A stretch of 64,000 bases of DNA from Bacteroidia bacterium (GTDB lineage: Bacteria > Bacteroidota > Bacteroidia > Bacteroidales > CAJPTX01): NCBI GenBank assembly GCA_013333195.2, contig JABCPG020000005.1, positions 1,522 through 65,521 on the forward strand, in the 5' to 3' direction. Each line of letters begins with the position of its first letter. Position 1 is the stretch's first letter. This document shows, piece by piece, positions 1 through 12,111 of the stretch. Under the pieces are notes generated by a model. It searched no databases, had not been told where the DNA came from, and worked only from the letters and a program-made list of their open reading frames with translations. Position numbers and translations under genes: made by a program.

Positions 1-427
1 CGGCGGCGGACGGTACGACAATCTCACGGGGATCTTTGGGCTCAGCGCCATGAGCGGCGTGGGGGTTTCATTCGGCGCCGATAGAATCTACGATGCGCTC
101 ACGGAGCTAAATGGGTTCCCGGCGGGCCTAACACGGAGCTGCGACGCGTTGCTGCTCAATCTCTCCGAAGAGACGCTGGGGATCATGCTGCGGCTGGCCA
201 ACGAGCTACGGGGGCGAGGTGTCAGAGCGTCGCTCTACCCGGACACCGAGAAGATGAAGAAGCAAATGGCCTATGCCAATCGCATCGGCGCGGCGTGGGT
301 GGCGCTGGTCGGCGAAGAAGAGATGCGGCGGGAGGAAGTGTCGTTCAAAAATATGGATAAGGGCGAGCAAGTATGCGTCCCCCTGGCAACAGCCGCGGAA
401 TGGCTGAGCGTAAGAATCAACAAATAA
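1..427 (+). CDS. hisS: Histidine--tRNA ligase, C-terminal (anticodon-binding) part; the 5' end lies outside the window
   Basis: The open frame runs from the window edge. The sequence ...LYPDTEKMKKQMAYANRIGAAWVALVGEEEM..EVSFKNMDKGEQ is typical of the HisRS anticodon-binding domain. Confidence 0.8.
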   Translation, partial: GGGRYDNLTGIFGLSAMSGVGVSFGADRIYDALTELNGFPAGLTRSCDALLLNLSEETLGIMLRLANELRGRGVRASLYPDTEKMKKQMAYANRIGAAWVALVGEEEMRREEVSFKNMDKGEQVCVPLATAAEWLSVRINK

Positions 428-454
428 ACAAGAGAAGGAGGAAAACGTACCGAT

Positions 455-1954
455 ATGGAAATGTTTGAAATCAGCCCAAGGCCCCTGACGCTCGACACGC
501 TACGGCGGCTGCTTGAGCACCCCGAAATCAAGGTAACGCTGTCAGAAGCGGCCAAGAGCCGCATACAGAAATGTCGCGACTACCTCGACAGAAAGATGGA
601 CAACGTAAACGTGCCTATATATGGCGTGACGACGGGGTTTGGGTCACTCTGCAATAAAACCATATCGCGCGGTGAGCTTTCCCAGCTGCAAGCGAACCTT
701 GTCATGTCGCACGCGTGTAGCACCGGGAGCCCGGTAGAGGAGGAGGTGATACGGCTGATGCTACTGCTAAAGGCCCACGCGCTCTCGCTAGGGAATTCCG
801 GCGTGCAGGTGGCCACCGTGGAGCGAATCCTGGATTTGTACAACCACGCGCTACTGCCGGTGGTATTCGATCGGGGTTCGCTCGGCGCTAGCGGCGACTT
901 AGCCCCACTAGCCAACCTGTTCCTACCTCTGCTAGGCATGGGTGAGGTGTATAAAAACGGCGTGCGCACGCCCATGGAGCAGGTGATGCGCGAACAGGGA
1001 TGGCAGCCCATTACGCTCCAATCAAAGGAAGGTCTTGCGCTCCTCAACGGCACGCAGTTCATGGGCGCGCATGGCGTGCTTGCGCTCATTCGCATAAAGC
1101 ATCTTTCCCGTTGGGCCGATACGATAGCCGCGCTGTCGCTTGAGGGATTCGACGGGCGGATAGATCCCTTCCATCCAAACATCCAGAGCGTACGTCCCCA
1201 CGCGGGTCAGACCGAAACCGCAGCGAATATACGCACGCTCCTCGCGGGGAGCGAGCTGATCGCGCAACCCAAGAAGCATGTGCAGGATCCCTACTCGTTC
1301 CGCTGCGTGCCGCAGGTGCATGGGGCGTGCAAGGATGCCATACACCACGTGGAACGGGTTGTGGAAACCGAGATCAACGCCGTAACTGACAATCCGACCG
1401 TATGGCCCGATGAGGATCTGGTTATCTCCGGCGGCAATTTCCACGGAGAGCCTCTGGCGCTCGCCTACGACTACCTCGCGCTGGCCATTGCAGAGCTCGG
1501 TAACATCTCCGAGCGCCGCGTGGCGCAGCTTATCCTAGGGCTTCGCGGGCTTCCGGAGTTCTTGGTGGCAAACCCCGGGCTCAACAGCGGTTTTATGATT
1601 CCCCAGTACGCCGCCGCGGCAATGGTGAGCCAGAACAAACAGCTGGCGACCCCGGCGTCGGTGGACTCCATCGTGTCGTCGAATGGGCAGGAGGACTTGG
1701 TATCAATGGGCGCGAATGCCGCCACAAGGCTACTACGGATGATTGATAACCTTCAGCGCATCCTGGCAATAGAGCTCATGAATGCCGCGCAGGCACTAGA
1801 GTTCCGCCAGCCCGCAAAGACCTCGCCCAAGCTCCGGCCGGTGGTCGCGGCTTTCCGTGAAAGGGTAAAGGCCTTCGATGAGGATAGAGTGATGTACACT
1901 GAGATTGAGCGGAGTGTGGAGTTCCTCCAGCAGACGCAAAGCCCGCTCGCGTAA
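455..1954 (+). CDS. hutH: Histidine ammonia-lyase
   Basis: 499 aa. It has the MIO-forming motif GSLGASGDLAPLA, and the length and overall pattern fit HAL/PAL family proteins. Confidence 0.93.
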   Translation: MEMFEISPRPLTLDTLRRLLEHPEIKVTLSEAAKSRIQKCRDYLDRKMDNVNVPIYGVTTGFGSLCNKTISRGELSQLQANLVMSHACSTGSPVEEEVIRLMLLLKAHALSLGNSGVQVATVERILDLYNHALLPVVFDRGSLGASGDLAPLANLFLPLLGMGEVYKNGVRTPMEQVMREQGWQPITLQSKEGLALLNGTQFMGAHGVLALIRIKHLSRWADTIAALSLEGFDGRIDPFHPNIQSVRPHAGQTETAANIRTLLAGSELIAQPKKHVQDPYSFRCVPQVHGACKDAIHHVERVVETEINAVTDNPTVWPDEDLVISGGNFHGEPLALAYDYLALAIAELGNISERRVAQLILGLRGLPEFLVANPGLNSGFMIPQYAAAAMVSQNKQLATPASVDSIVSSNGQEDLVSMGANAATRLLRMIDNLQRILAIELMNAAQALEFRQPAKTSPKLRPVVAAFRERVKAFDEDRVMYTEIERSVEFLQQTQSPLA

Positions 1955-1958
1955 AAGC

Positions 1959-2384
1959 ATGGGGCGAATCGTTGCACTCGACGTTGGGCGTAAGCGCACA
2001 GGCATAGCGGTGAGCGATACGCTGCACATCAGCGCCAACGCGTTGGCTACATGCGCGACGGGCGGCCTGATGGATTTTTTGCAGACGTACGCAGCGCACG
2101 AGCCCATAGATACCTTTGTGGTAGGCGAACCACGCACCGAGCATGGGGCGCCCTCAGAGGCGATGGTCTACGTTCGTCAGGTAGTGACGCAACTGAAAAA
2201 GAGGTTCCCTGACATCCCTGTGGTACTCCACGATGAACGCTACACCTCACGCCTCGCGCAGCGCACCATCCTAGAGGCCGGGATCCCGAAGATGAAACGC
2301 CGCGACAAGGCACTGGTGGACAGGGTGAGCGCCACCATCCTGCTGCAATCATACATGGAAATGCAAGACATAAGAAAAGCATAA
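1959..2384 (+). CDS. ruvX: Putative pre-16S rRNA nuclease / Holliday-junction-resolvase-like YqgF
   Basis: The start was trimmed to the ATG at 1959, 4 nt after the hutH stop. The N-terminus MGRIVALDVGRKRTGIAVSD is the YqgF signature. The stop overlaps the def start (TAATG). Confidence 0.85.
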   Translation: MGRIVALDVGRKRTGIAVSDTLHISANALATCATGGLMDFLQTYAAHEPIDTFVVGEPRTEHGAPSEAMVYVRQVVTQLKKRFPDIPVVLHDERYTSRLAQRTILEAGIPKMKRRDKALVDRVSATILLQSYMEMQDIRKA

Positions 2385-2938
2385 TGGTACTACCAATATA
2401 CGTATACGGATCGGGAGTGCTGCGGCAGAAAGCGGAGCCCGTGCAAGAGGGCCACGAGGGGCTAGCGGAGCTGGTGCAAAATATGTTCGACACCATGCAG
2501 GGCGCTGAGGGCGTAGGCCTGGCAGCCCCACAGATTGGGCTTTCGCTCCAACTATTCGTTGTGGATGCCACCCCCTTCGCCGAGGAAGACCCGAGCCTCG
2601 CAGATTTCCGACGGGTATTCATCAACAGCGAGATTACCCCGCTCGAGCGGAAGGAGAGCTCCTACGAGGAGGGCTGCCTAAGCCTAACCGGCATCAACGA
2701 GAAGGTAGTACGCCCGGAGGGCATACTCATCCGCTACCTCGATGAGCGCTTTGAGGAGCACACCCAGGAGTTCCATGGAATCGTGGCCCGCATCGTGCAG
2801 CATGAGTACGACCACACGCAGGGTTTAGTATTCACCGATAGGACGAGCGGCCTACGCAAACAAATGCTCCAGAGCCGGCTAAAGGGGATGGCGCAGGGCA
2901 AAGTGAAAGCGAAATACCCGATAAAAATAAGGAATTAA
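2384..2938 (+). CDS. def: Peptide deformylase
   Basis: All three PDF motifs are present: GLAAPQIG, EGCLS and HEYDH. Confidence 0.93.
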   Translation: MVLPIYVYGSGVLRQKAEPVQEGHEGLAELVQNMFDTMQGAEGVGLAAPQIGLSLQLFVVDATPFAEEDPSLADFRRVFINSEITPLERKESSYEEGCLSLTGINEKVVRPEGILIRYLDERFEEHTQEFHGIVARIVQHEYDHTQGLVFTDRTSGLRKQMLQSRLKGMAQGKVKAKYPIKIRN

Positions 2939-3033
2939 AAAACGATTTTTGTGCTGCTTTTTGTGGTGTTCAAATATATTCTTAACTTTGTAAAGAAATA
3001 GCGTGTGAGACTCACACATAGAAAGCCAACACC

Positions 3034-3291
3034 ATGGGGACACCAATCACATTCAACGAGCTGCGACGCATCAAGGACATGCTACCCGAGGGCACGATGC
3101 GCGAAATAGCTCATCGGCTAAACATCGATGTAGAAACAGTGCGCAACTACTTTGGCGGTACGAATTTTGACAAAGGGGAAGCAACGGGGCTTCATGTAGA
3201 GCAGGGGCCCGATGGGGGCGTAGTCATACTGGACGACCCCAAAATTCTCGACATGGCTCGGAAGATTCTCAAGGAGCAGGGAAAAGAGTAG
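3034..3291 (+). CDS. Small hypothetical protein, possibly HTH-like
   Basis: 85-aa ORF preceded by a TAACTTTG -7 box at 2983. The segment MREIAHRLNIDVETVRNYF looks like a helix-turn-helix. No specific family recognised. Confidence 0.45.
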   Translation: MGTPITFNELRRIKDMLPEGTMREIAHRLNIDVETVRNYFGGTNFDKGEATGLHVEQGPDGGVVILDDPKILDMARKILKEQGKE

Positions 3292-3541
3292 CGGCGCAAC
3301 GCAGCAGCTGGAATACGCAACACCCCACCCTCCGGTAAGTACCGCACGAACATCTACCAAGCGGAGTGGCGTAGCTTTGCTGCACATCTGCTAATACTAA
3401 CGAAAACAGAATAAACAGGGAGGTCCAGTGCCGGGAATCGGCGCAGGGGCGGGTCTTTCCCGTGGGTCAAGTGCCCAAACGTGGTGGGAAAAATCAAGCC
3501 AATTCTAGGCCCCCATAGGAATTAAGAAAATCGATAAGGGT

Positions 3542-5272
3542 ATGACACTTTCGAATATACCGCTCCTGCGACGTTTACGCCTCACAGGCCTCGTTCTAGC
3601 TGGGATGATGGTGGCCATGGCACTCGTAGTGTGGCTGCGAAGCCACTCGCTGGAGCAGAAATCCAACCAATACACCATTTTTGGCGATATCTACGTAGGG
3701 GTATCCACACTGCAAAACGCGGCGCAAAGCTACGTCTACCTGGAAAAGCACGTGGATGCGCAGGAAAAAGCCATTAAAAAGGCCTCGGAGGGACTTCATG
3801 AAATAACCGAACACGTGCTAACCCAAAGCCAGAACACGCAGCTGGCGCAGGAGGCGAAGCAATACGCAGAGAAGACCACGGCCCTACTGTCGCTGATGGA
3901 TAAGCTTGTGGCGGGCCGCCGCGTATACTCGCAATGCAACGAAGCGCTATTCGCACCGCAATTCGCCATAATAACGCGGCTATACGAAATCAAGAATGCC
4001 AAAACGCGGGCGCTGGTAGAGTCGGGCTATCGAAACATATACGCCTACAGCCTAGCCGGAGCGCTAGAACTTGACTACATAAGCAAAGGCACCGAGGACT
4101 ACCTATCGGCCGTGGCCAACATAGAGGCAACGGGTGAGGACACATTCATGCTCACCCCGCTACAAAACAGCAATTCCAGCTTTGTCAATCTTCATAACGC
4201 CCTCGCGGAGATACAAGGCTACCAGAACCAGATTGGTACTCTCTTCACCGACATATCCGATGGGCTAAAACGTCTCACCGCGCAGCGCGTGAGCCTAATG
4301 TCCCGCGGCAATACGCTCAATGGGATTGTGATGCTATGCATGGACCTCGCGATAATGCTACTCACCGTGGCGGCGCTCGAACACCTAGGCCGCGACTGGG
4401 GACGAGGCGTCGCGACGGTGTCGAACACCCTCGACGAGATGTCGCAGGGAGACCTCAACGCAGGGAATGCACAAACCCAGCGATTCCACGCCCGTAAGGA
4501 CGAGCTAGGGCATCTCATTACCGCCACCTCGAGATTAAATACCAAATTGCAAGAGGTGGTGCAAGAGGTCGGGAATCACAGCGAAATGGTGAACAACACC
4601 GCGGTGCTAATGTCGAAACTCGCAGTGACGCTTGCCGAAGGCGCAAACGCGCAGGCGAGCGGAACGGAAGAGGCGAGCAGCGCCATCGAAGAACTTTCGG
4701 CAGGCATTGACATGAATAGCGAGAACAGCCTTGCAAGCGGGCAAAAAGCGCAACGAGGGCTCGACAGCATGAAGGAAATTGAGAAAGAAATCAGAACCAC
4801 CAACGAGAGCACCGAGGCGGTGGGCGCCCGGATCAATGTGATTGCCGAGATTGCAAATCAAACAAACATTTTGGCGCTCAACGCCGCGGTAGAAGCGGCC
4901 CGCGCTGGAGAGAATGGGCGTGGATTCGCGGTGGTGGCCGCCGAGGTACGAAAACTGGCAGAGCGAAGCAACGAAGCAGCGCGGGAAATTGTATCGCTAG
5001 TCGACCAACTGGTGAGAGCATCGCGTGAGGCTGGTGAGAACTTCAACGCGGTGATGCCCGAAATTCAGCAAACCGCCGATTTAGCGCAGACCGTGGCCAA
5101 TACGAGCGAAGAGCAACGTAACGGGATGCACCAAATCAACCTTGCCGTGCAATCGCTCAACGAGGTGACCCAACGCGTGGCCAATGAGAGCAATCAACTC
5201 ACGGAAACCGCGAGCAATCTCGTAAAGGGGGGAGAGGGGCTAAAGCAGGCCGTATCCTACTTCCATTTGTAA
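3542..5272 (+). CDS. Methyl-accepting chemotaxis protein (paralog 1 of a tandem pair)
   Basis: 576 aa with two TM segments flanking a roughly 230-aa helical sensor domain, then a HAMP-like linker. The MCP signalling hairpin core is [45 protein letters not shown]. Confidence 0.9.
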   Translation: MTLSNIPLLRRLRLTGLVLAGMMVAMALVVWLRSHSLEQKSNQYTIFGDIYVGVSTLQNAAQSYVYLEKHVDAQEKAIKKASEGLHEITEHVLTQSQNTQLAQEAKQYAEKTTALLSLMDKLVAGRRVYSQCNEALFAPQFAIITRLYEIKNAKTRALVESGYRNIYAYSLAGALELDYISKGTEDYLSAVANIEATGEDTFMLTPLQNSNSSFVNLHNALAEIQGYQNQIGTLFTDISDGLKRLTAQRVSLMSRGNTLNGIVMLCMDLAIMLLTVAALEHLGRDWGRGVATVSNTLDEMSQGDLNAGNAQTQRFHARKDELGHLITATSRLNTKLQEVVQEVGNHSEMVNNTAVLMSKLAVTLAEGANAQASGTEEASSAIEELSAGIDMNSENSLASGQKAQRGLDSMKEIEKEIRTTNESTEAVGARINVIAEIANQTNILALNAAVEAARAGENGRGFAVVAAEVRKLAERSNEAAREIVSLVDQLVRASREAGENFNAVMPEIQQTADLAQTVANTSEEQRNGMHQINLAVQSLNEVTQRVANESNQLTETASNLVKGGEGLKQAVSYFHL

Positions 5273-5289
5273 GGCAAGATTCTACAAAC

Positions 5290-5327
5290 CCATCTACAGC
5301 GGCCAGACATCCTGGCGCTGTAGATGG
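5290..5327 (+). terminator. Stem-loop downstream of MCP paralog 1
   Basis: A perfect 12-bp stem, CCATCTACAGCG (5290-5301) with CGCTGTAGATGG (5316-5327), lies 18 nt after the stop codon. There is no clear T-tract. Confidence 0.5.
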
Positions 5328-6269
5328 CAGCGGGGCGCCTCTCGAATAGGGCGAAAGAGATGGGAATGCCGCTGCATAACGTACCCCCATGCGTCCACAT
5401 AGGAGATGGACATGCATTAAGCCTCTAGATGAAGCTGGCAGCAAACACCCCCCCAAAAAAGTGTCCAACCTCCCTCCGCGAAGGGTTGCCGCCTGGGTAA
5501 AGGCTCTAAGCCCCGTAACCATTCAACGCGAAACACCCGCGGGGTATACATTCAGTTCAATAACCCTAACACTCTGCCGGAAGGCACCATGCTCGGGAAA
5601 ACCAATAAACCAAGGAGAAACGAACGCCTTACGCTTTTAGGAAGAAGAACACAACGAGCCATCCCCCCAGATACTCCCACCGCACCACCGCGCCGACAAA
5701 ACATCCATCGGATAATCCTAAAGGGAGCAGAACCACGCTGAGCGATCCTTTTCTAAAAATGGAGCATGAAAAGATCGTGCGATAGGGCTGAATACTAAAT
5801 TTCCGTAAGGCTAACGATACACATACTAGAAGATTAACGAAACGTTGCTAGCTGCAATAACGTAGATTACCCAAAGGTACGCGTAGCACAACGCAACAGA
5901 ACCTTTACGCCCCTAATGGGTACCCCAAAAACAGGGGAGGGTAAAACGGCACATAAAGCAAAGACCCCACACAACGTATCTAAAAAACAAAAAAACCTGA
6001 ACAAATAGCAACGACATGCGTATTACGAGAGGAGAGAAAGAAACGAAATTAGCATATATTCAAGAAGACAACTGCTGAAGAAAGCAAAACCGATACGCAC
6101 GAGTAGCGATTCCTCGGTTCATGAAGATTCGTCACATATACCCCCAAACCACGCGCAGCGAGAGATGAAGGGAGCAGACCACACGCGAACCGCGGACCAC
6201 GCACGCCAATCCGCCAGCCAATCGCCACTCGGCCAAAATCCCTAAAGAGAACTAGCAAAGAGAACCGGC

Positions 6270-8000
6270 ATGAAACTTTCAAATCTTCCATTACGACAAC
6301 GGCTACGCCTGACGGGCGCAGCGCTAATTGGAATGATGGTGATAATGGCGCTCGTGGTATGGCTACGCAGCAAGACGCTAGAGAAAGAATCCGACCAATT
6401 CGCGGTGTTCGGCGATGTGTACGTGGAGGTGAGCACCCTACAGAACACCGCGCAGAGCTACATCTACCTTAAGAAGCACGTAGAGGCACAAGCAAAAGAG
6501 ATTACGGCCGCCACGGCAAGGCTACGCGACGTTTCGAACCAGATGGTAGTAAAGCACCAGCACTCGGACCTGGCGCAAACAGCGAATTCTCTCCACGAAA
6601 AGATAGACGAGCTAATTAGGGCGGTGAACGAATGGGAAGAGGAACGCATGGCCTACGCGGAACGCAACGAAGCGTTGATAGCACCACAACACGCAATGAT
6701 TCTGAAAGCACCACGCATCCAAAACGAAAAGACGCGGGCCCTAGTGGAATCAGGGCATCTCAATATATACACCTACTACTTTGGCGGCACAATGGAGTAC
6801 AACTACCTACAAGAGGGCATTTCGGACTACCGCGCGGCTGAAGAGAACATCAAGCTTACCGGCGATGATACATTCATGCTTGGCCCGCTACAAGACAATA
6901 ACACCCGGCTCGTGGACCTACAAAAATCGCTCGACGCGCTTCAACGTTGCAAAGAGGGGACAGCACACCTATTCACAGAAATAACGGATGAGCTGCGCAC
7001 CTTTACCGCTCGCCGAATGAACCTACTCACGCGGGGAAACACGCTGAATGGGATAATCATGCTATGCATGGATCTGGCGATAATGCTGTTTACTCTATTC
7101 ACCCTCGAGCACTTAGGGCGCAGCTGGGGACGCGGAGTATCGGAGGTGTCGCGGATGCTCAATGGGATGTTCAACGGAGACCTGAGCAGCACCCACCACA
7201 TAGCGTTCCGCTTCCAACAGCGGGAGGACGAGCTGGGGCATCTCGCCCGCGCCACATCGGGATTGAGCGGCAAGCTGCGAGAGGTGGTCCAGGAGGTGAG
7301 CCGCCATAGCGAGATGCTTAACGCAACGGCATCGCAGATGTCGGCACTAGCCGTAACCCTCTCAGAGGGGGCACACACGCAGGCAAGCGGCGCGGAGGAG
7401 GCCAGCAGCGCCCTTGAGGAGATGACGGCAGGCATTGACATGAATAGCGAGAGCAGCATAGCGAGCGGGGAAAAGGCCAAAGAAGGCCTACAAAGTATGC
7501 AGCAAATCCAGCGGGTGGTAGAAGAAACGGTAAAAAGCACCGAGGCGGTAGGAACGAAAATTGGAGTGATAGCAGAAATCGCGAATCAGACCAACATTTT
7601 GGCCCTCAACGCGGCAGTAGAGGCCGCACGCGCGGGCGAAAATGGGCGGGGATTCGCGGTGGTGGCGAGCGAGGTACGTAAGTTGGCCGAACGGAGCAAC
7701 GAGTCAGCGCAAGAAATTGTAGAACTCGTGGGGCGGCTCGTGCAAACCACGCGCGCAGCGGGCGCGGACTTCAACGTTGTGCTACCCAAGATACAACAAA
7801 CAGCAGAGCTCGCGCAAGCAGTGGCCAACACCAGCGCCGAGCAGCGCAACGGCATGCACCAGATTAGCCTCGCGGTGCAAACCCTGAACGAAGTGACGCA
7901 ACGCGTAGCCAACGAAAGCAACCAGCTCACGAAAACCGTCCGGAATCTGGTAGCGGGGGGCGAAAGCTTGCAGCGCGCCGTGTCGTACTTTCACCTCTAG
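6270..8000 (+). CDS. Methyl-accepting chemotaxis protein (paralog 2 of a tandem pair)
   Basis: 576 aa and collinear with the 3542..5272 product over its full length. It has the same signalling core, [45 protein letters not shown]. Confidence 0.9.
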   Translation: MKLSNLPLRQRLRLTGAALIGMMVIMALVVWLRSKTLEKESDQFAVFGDVYVEVSTLQNTAQSYIYLKKHVEAQAKEITAATARLRDVSNQMVVKHQHSDLAQTANSLHEKIDELIRAVNEWEEERMAYAERNEALIAPQHAMILKAPRIQNEKTRALVESGHLNIYTYYFGGTMEYNYLQEGISDYRAAEENIKLTGDDTFMLGPLQDNNTRLVDLQKSLDALQRCKEGTAHLFTEITDELRTFTARRMNLLTRGNTLNGIIMLCMDLAIMLFTLFTLEHLGRSWGRGVSEVSRMLNGMFNGDLSSTHHIAFRFQQREDELGHLARATSGLSGKLREVVQEVSRHSEMLNATASQMSALAVTLSEGAHTQASGAEEASSALEEMTAGIDMNSESSIASGEKAKEGLQSMQQIQRVVEETVKSTEAVGTKIGVIAEIANQTNILALNAAVEAARAGENGRGFAVVASEVRKLAERSNESAQEIVELVGRLVQTTRAAGADFNVVLPKIQQTAELAQAVANTSAEQRNGMHQISLAVQTLNEVTQRVANESNQLTKTVRNLVAGGESLQRAVSYFHL

Positions 8001-8035
8001 CCCAATAGGGGAGAGCGAAGGACGCACTGCAATAG

Positions 8036-9379
<1,344 letters not shown>

Positions 9380-9403
9380 ACGGTTCATCATCTCAACCCA
9401 AAG

Positions 9404-9446
9404 AAGGCAGCGGGGCAATAGTGCAGGCAGCCCCGCTGCCTTTTTT
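9404..9446 (+). terminator. Rho-independent terminator after eno
   Basis: A 13-bp GC-rich stem, AAGGCAGCGGGGC (9404-9416) with GCCCCGCTGCCTT (9430-9442), is followed by a T-run that, together with the last two stem bases, reads TTTTTT. Confidence 0.8.
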
Positions 9447-10084
9447 AGATTCGGAAACCGTGCACACGTAGCAATCCCAATAGCGGCACGGCGGTTCACC
9501 ATGCACGCGCTGAACCCAAAAGAGCCTCCCCCGGTTCAAGATGGCGACGACACTCCCAAAGACAGAGCCTCAACTACCAAACATGCCCATACCCCGCGCA
9601 GAAAAGAAACACCACCACCAACGCAGGCCTGAAACAACGACGTTAAAAAAAGCCGACACGCACGAGCCAATCGATATGCGACGCAAAGAGAGAAGCCCAT
9701 GTGAAATGGAACAATAAGCGCATTCGCACGCACTGTCCTCCCGAAGAGGATAACACACCGCCCATTTTAAACTGCCGGAACGCGCATAAAAATCATTCGG
9801 ACCGCGCAAAGGGACTGAGGGTGCAACACCTGACATTTAGAACTTTCATTCCCCATACGAAACGCGCACAGCCTTCCAATTTGTGCCAAAACCTGAGAAT
9901 CCCTACTAACGTCCACCAGAAGCTTACCCACACGCAACAACCTTCCCGCGATACGCCTATTTCCCACTGCGACCAGCTAAGCGTCGAGAAGGAGAGGGCA
10001 GAAGACGTTGCACCCACCAAGAACTAGCGAATCACCGCCAACTACAACCCAACCCCGCCACAGCACTACAATCCGCTAGCAGAA

Positions 10085-10744
10085 CTACTCCACACGCTTA
10101 AGCCCATCCACATCAAGCAATCGATACCGATTACGCTCGCAGCGAAGGAGCTGCCGCACCTCGAGCGAACGCAATGCTCTATTGAACGTCCCCCGGCTTA
10201 AACCGGCAAATGAGGCCAACGCGGACTGGTCGAGCGGGCACTCAAAGGAGCTATTGGCATAGACACGCTCGGCAAGATCGAGCAAGAGATAGGCACACCT
10301 TCCCTCCGCCGACTTTTCTCTAAATGCGGCCAAGTGGGTAGCGACAACACGCGCATCATCCGCGGCGGCCAACGCTAAGGATAGCGCCAACCTAGGCGAA
10401 GCATAGGCAGCACGCATCAACTCGTCGCGCGGCAGCAACGTCACCGAAGCATGCGATAGCGCGAAGATGGACAGCGGAGCGCCATTAGCATTTAGGCAAA
10501 AGGGTAGCGCCAACCAACGCCCCGCGGGAAGCAAGTCCACAAGCGAGCTGGAAGCCCCAACTGAATACGCGGCGAACCCATAGGACAGGAAAGCAACGCG
10601 TGGCGGGGGAAGCTTCACCTGCAAAAGCTCTTGGCCAGGCTTTAACTCAACAAACTCCGCCGCATGGGTTAAGGATGCCGCAAGATTTGGCGGCAGCGCA
10701 GCGCGGAGAGGGGGAACAGCGTCAAACAGCGCCAAAGCATCCAT
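10085..10744 (-). CDS. Crp/Fnr-family transcriptional regulator (divergent)
   Basis: 219 aa. The C-terminal segment DQSALASFAGLSRGTFNRALRSLEVRQLL is a Crp-type HTH. The N-terminal effector domain is only weakly recognisable. Confidence 0.6.
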   Translation of the reverse strand: MDALALFDAVPPLRAALPPNLAASLTHAAEFVELKPGQELLQVKLPPPRVAFLSYGFAAYSVGASSSLVDLLPAGRWLALPFCLNANGAPLSIFALSHASVTLLPRDELMRAAYASPRLALSLALAAADDARVVATHLAAFREKSAEGRCAYLLLDLAERVYANSSFECPLDQSALASFAGLSRGTFNRALRSLEVRQLLRCERNRYRLLDVDGLKRVE

Positions 10745-11140
10745 TACGTTAAAACATTATCTCGAACAAAGATACAAAGAACGCTGATACCACCGTATCC
10801 ACCGACCCATCCCCACGCCTACCCCTACGCTCCGCGCCGCTGTAACCCCTCGCAAGGCCATGATTCTCACAGAACGCAAGCACAACGACAGCCCCCAATT
10901 CCCACAGACCAGGTTTCCACAGCGCGCATATAGCGCAACGCTAATGCGTAAATCTGTAAGAGGACCCGCCCCACTCCAACCCTCCAGAGAGATGCACGGC
11001 ATCGTCAGCCGCTTTTATCGGACAGTACAAAAGGCCGAAACCAAAGTAGGCTACGGCCTTTTTATGCCCTACTCCCTCGGGCGATAGATATGTGAGAAAT
11101 AAGATCGCACAGCCCTACTTGGGTCAGCCTCCACTACTCC

Positions 11141-11935
11141 TCACCGCTCGTTCCCTTCAGTTGATTCCGTTTCCGAAGCACTACCATCCTCTTCCAACGT
11201 TTTCCCAGCCTGGCGCTCGCAACGGTTCTTACAAGTTTTACACAGCTCCGTTATGTTTTTTAGCTCTCTCGCCTGAGCTACAGTACCATTAAAGATTTCG
11301 TCCGTTCGGCTTGTGTTAATATGCGGGCAATCGGCATAAATATGGTAACGGTTGCCCGCCTTCGTCCAGTAAACGCTATTTTTTCCTGTCAACGCCTCAA
11401 TCTCATTGGTCTGCTGCGTGTACTGCTCCACGGAAGGAGGATTGAAGTCGATGCCTAGGACGGTGGCGATGAGCAAAGCTACAATAGCGACTGCCCCCAA
11501 GATACCCTTCTGCTTACCCTGCAAATTTTTATCCGTGAATATAAATATAACCAATGGAAGGAAAGCAACGACAGCGATGATCGCCCCAAGTTGGTTTTGG
11601 ACAAAGAATCTAAACTTGTCCTTCGTCGAAGCAGGGTCAAGACGATTCGCTTTTTTCCAGAGCAGCGATCCAGCTACAGCGAGCGCAAGATCCACCACAA
11701 TGAAAACGATAAGCCACACCATACTAACCGGCGGACGCTTCAAAAGGACTATAGCACCCACTTCCGCCGCGATGGCCATTACCCAAAGCAACGCGGCGAC
11801 AAGACGAAGGGTGGACGCCCGCCCTTTACTTTCTGCAGTTGGCGTAAAGACACGCGAATTATCAGATGCCATATGCCCCCGCGTCGAGTTCTCTTCAATC
11901 CTTGTCACCCTCTTCGATGTACCATTAGTATTCAT
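11141..11935 (-). CDS. Hypothetical polytopic membrane protein with a Cys/His-containing C-terminal domain
   Basis: 264 aa with about four hydrophobic helices, followed by the soluble tail YWTKAGNRYHIYADCPHIN...ELCKTCKNRC. No family recognised. Confidence 0.55.
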   Translation of the reverse strand: MNTNGTSKRVTRIEENSTRGHMASDNSRVFTPTAESKGRASTLRLVAALLWVMAIAAEVGAIVLLKRPPVSMVWLIVFIVVDLALAVAGSLLWKKANRLDPASTKDKFRFFVQNQLGAIIAVVAFLPLVIFIFTDKNLQGKQKGILGAVAIVALLIATVLGIDFNPPSVEQYTQQTNEIEALTGKNSVYWTKAGNRYHIYADCPHINTSRTDEIFNGTVAQARELKNITELCKTCKNRCERQAGKTLEEDGSASETESTEGNER

Positions 11936-12111
11936 AATTTACCACCTTTCCTTTTTACGTTTCCCATAAATACCCTACGACCGAAGGGCTGGCAAAGATA
12001 CGTGTAACTATTTAGTCCGCAAATCTGTAGGGGGAGAGTACCGCTCTCACAAACGCCCCCCATCACTCGCCCTACGAGACGAGAATAAAACCAGCACCAT
12101 ACAAAAGGGGG

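Noticed and set aside
5389-6291. ORFs in the MCP spacer (5389..5640 +, 6049..6291 -, 6242..6448 -), plus those in the eno-crp spacer (9536..10027, several frames).
   Set aside because: They are short, have biased low-complexity composition and no motifs, and overlap each other. They are consistent with non-coding DNA.
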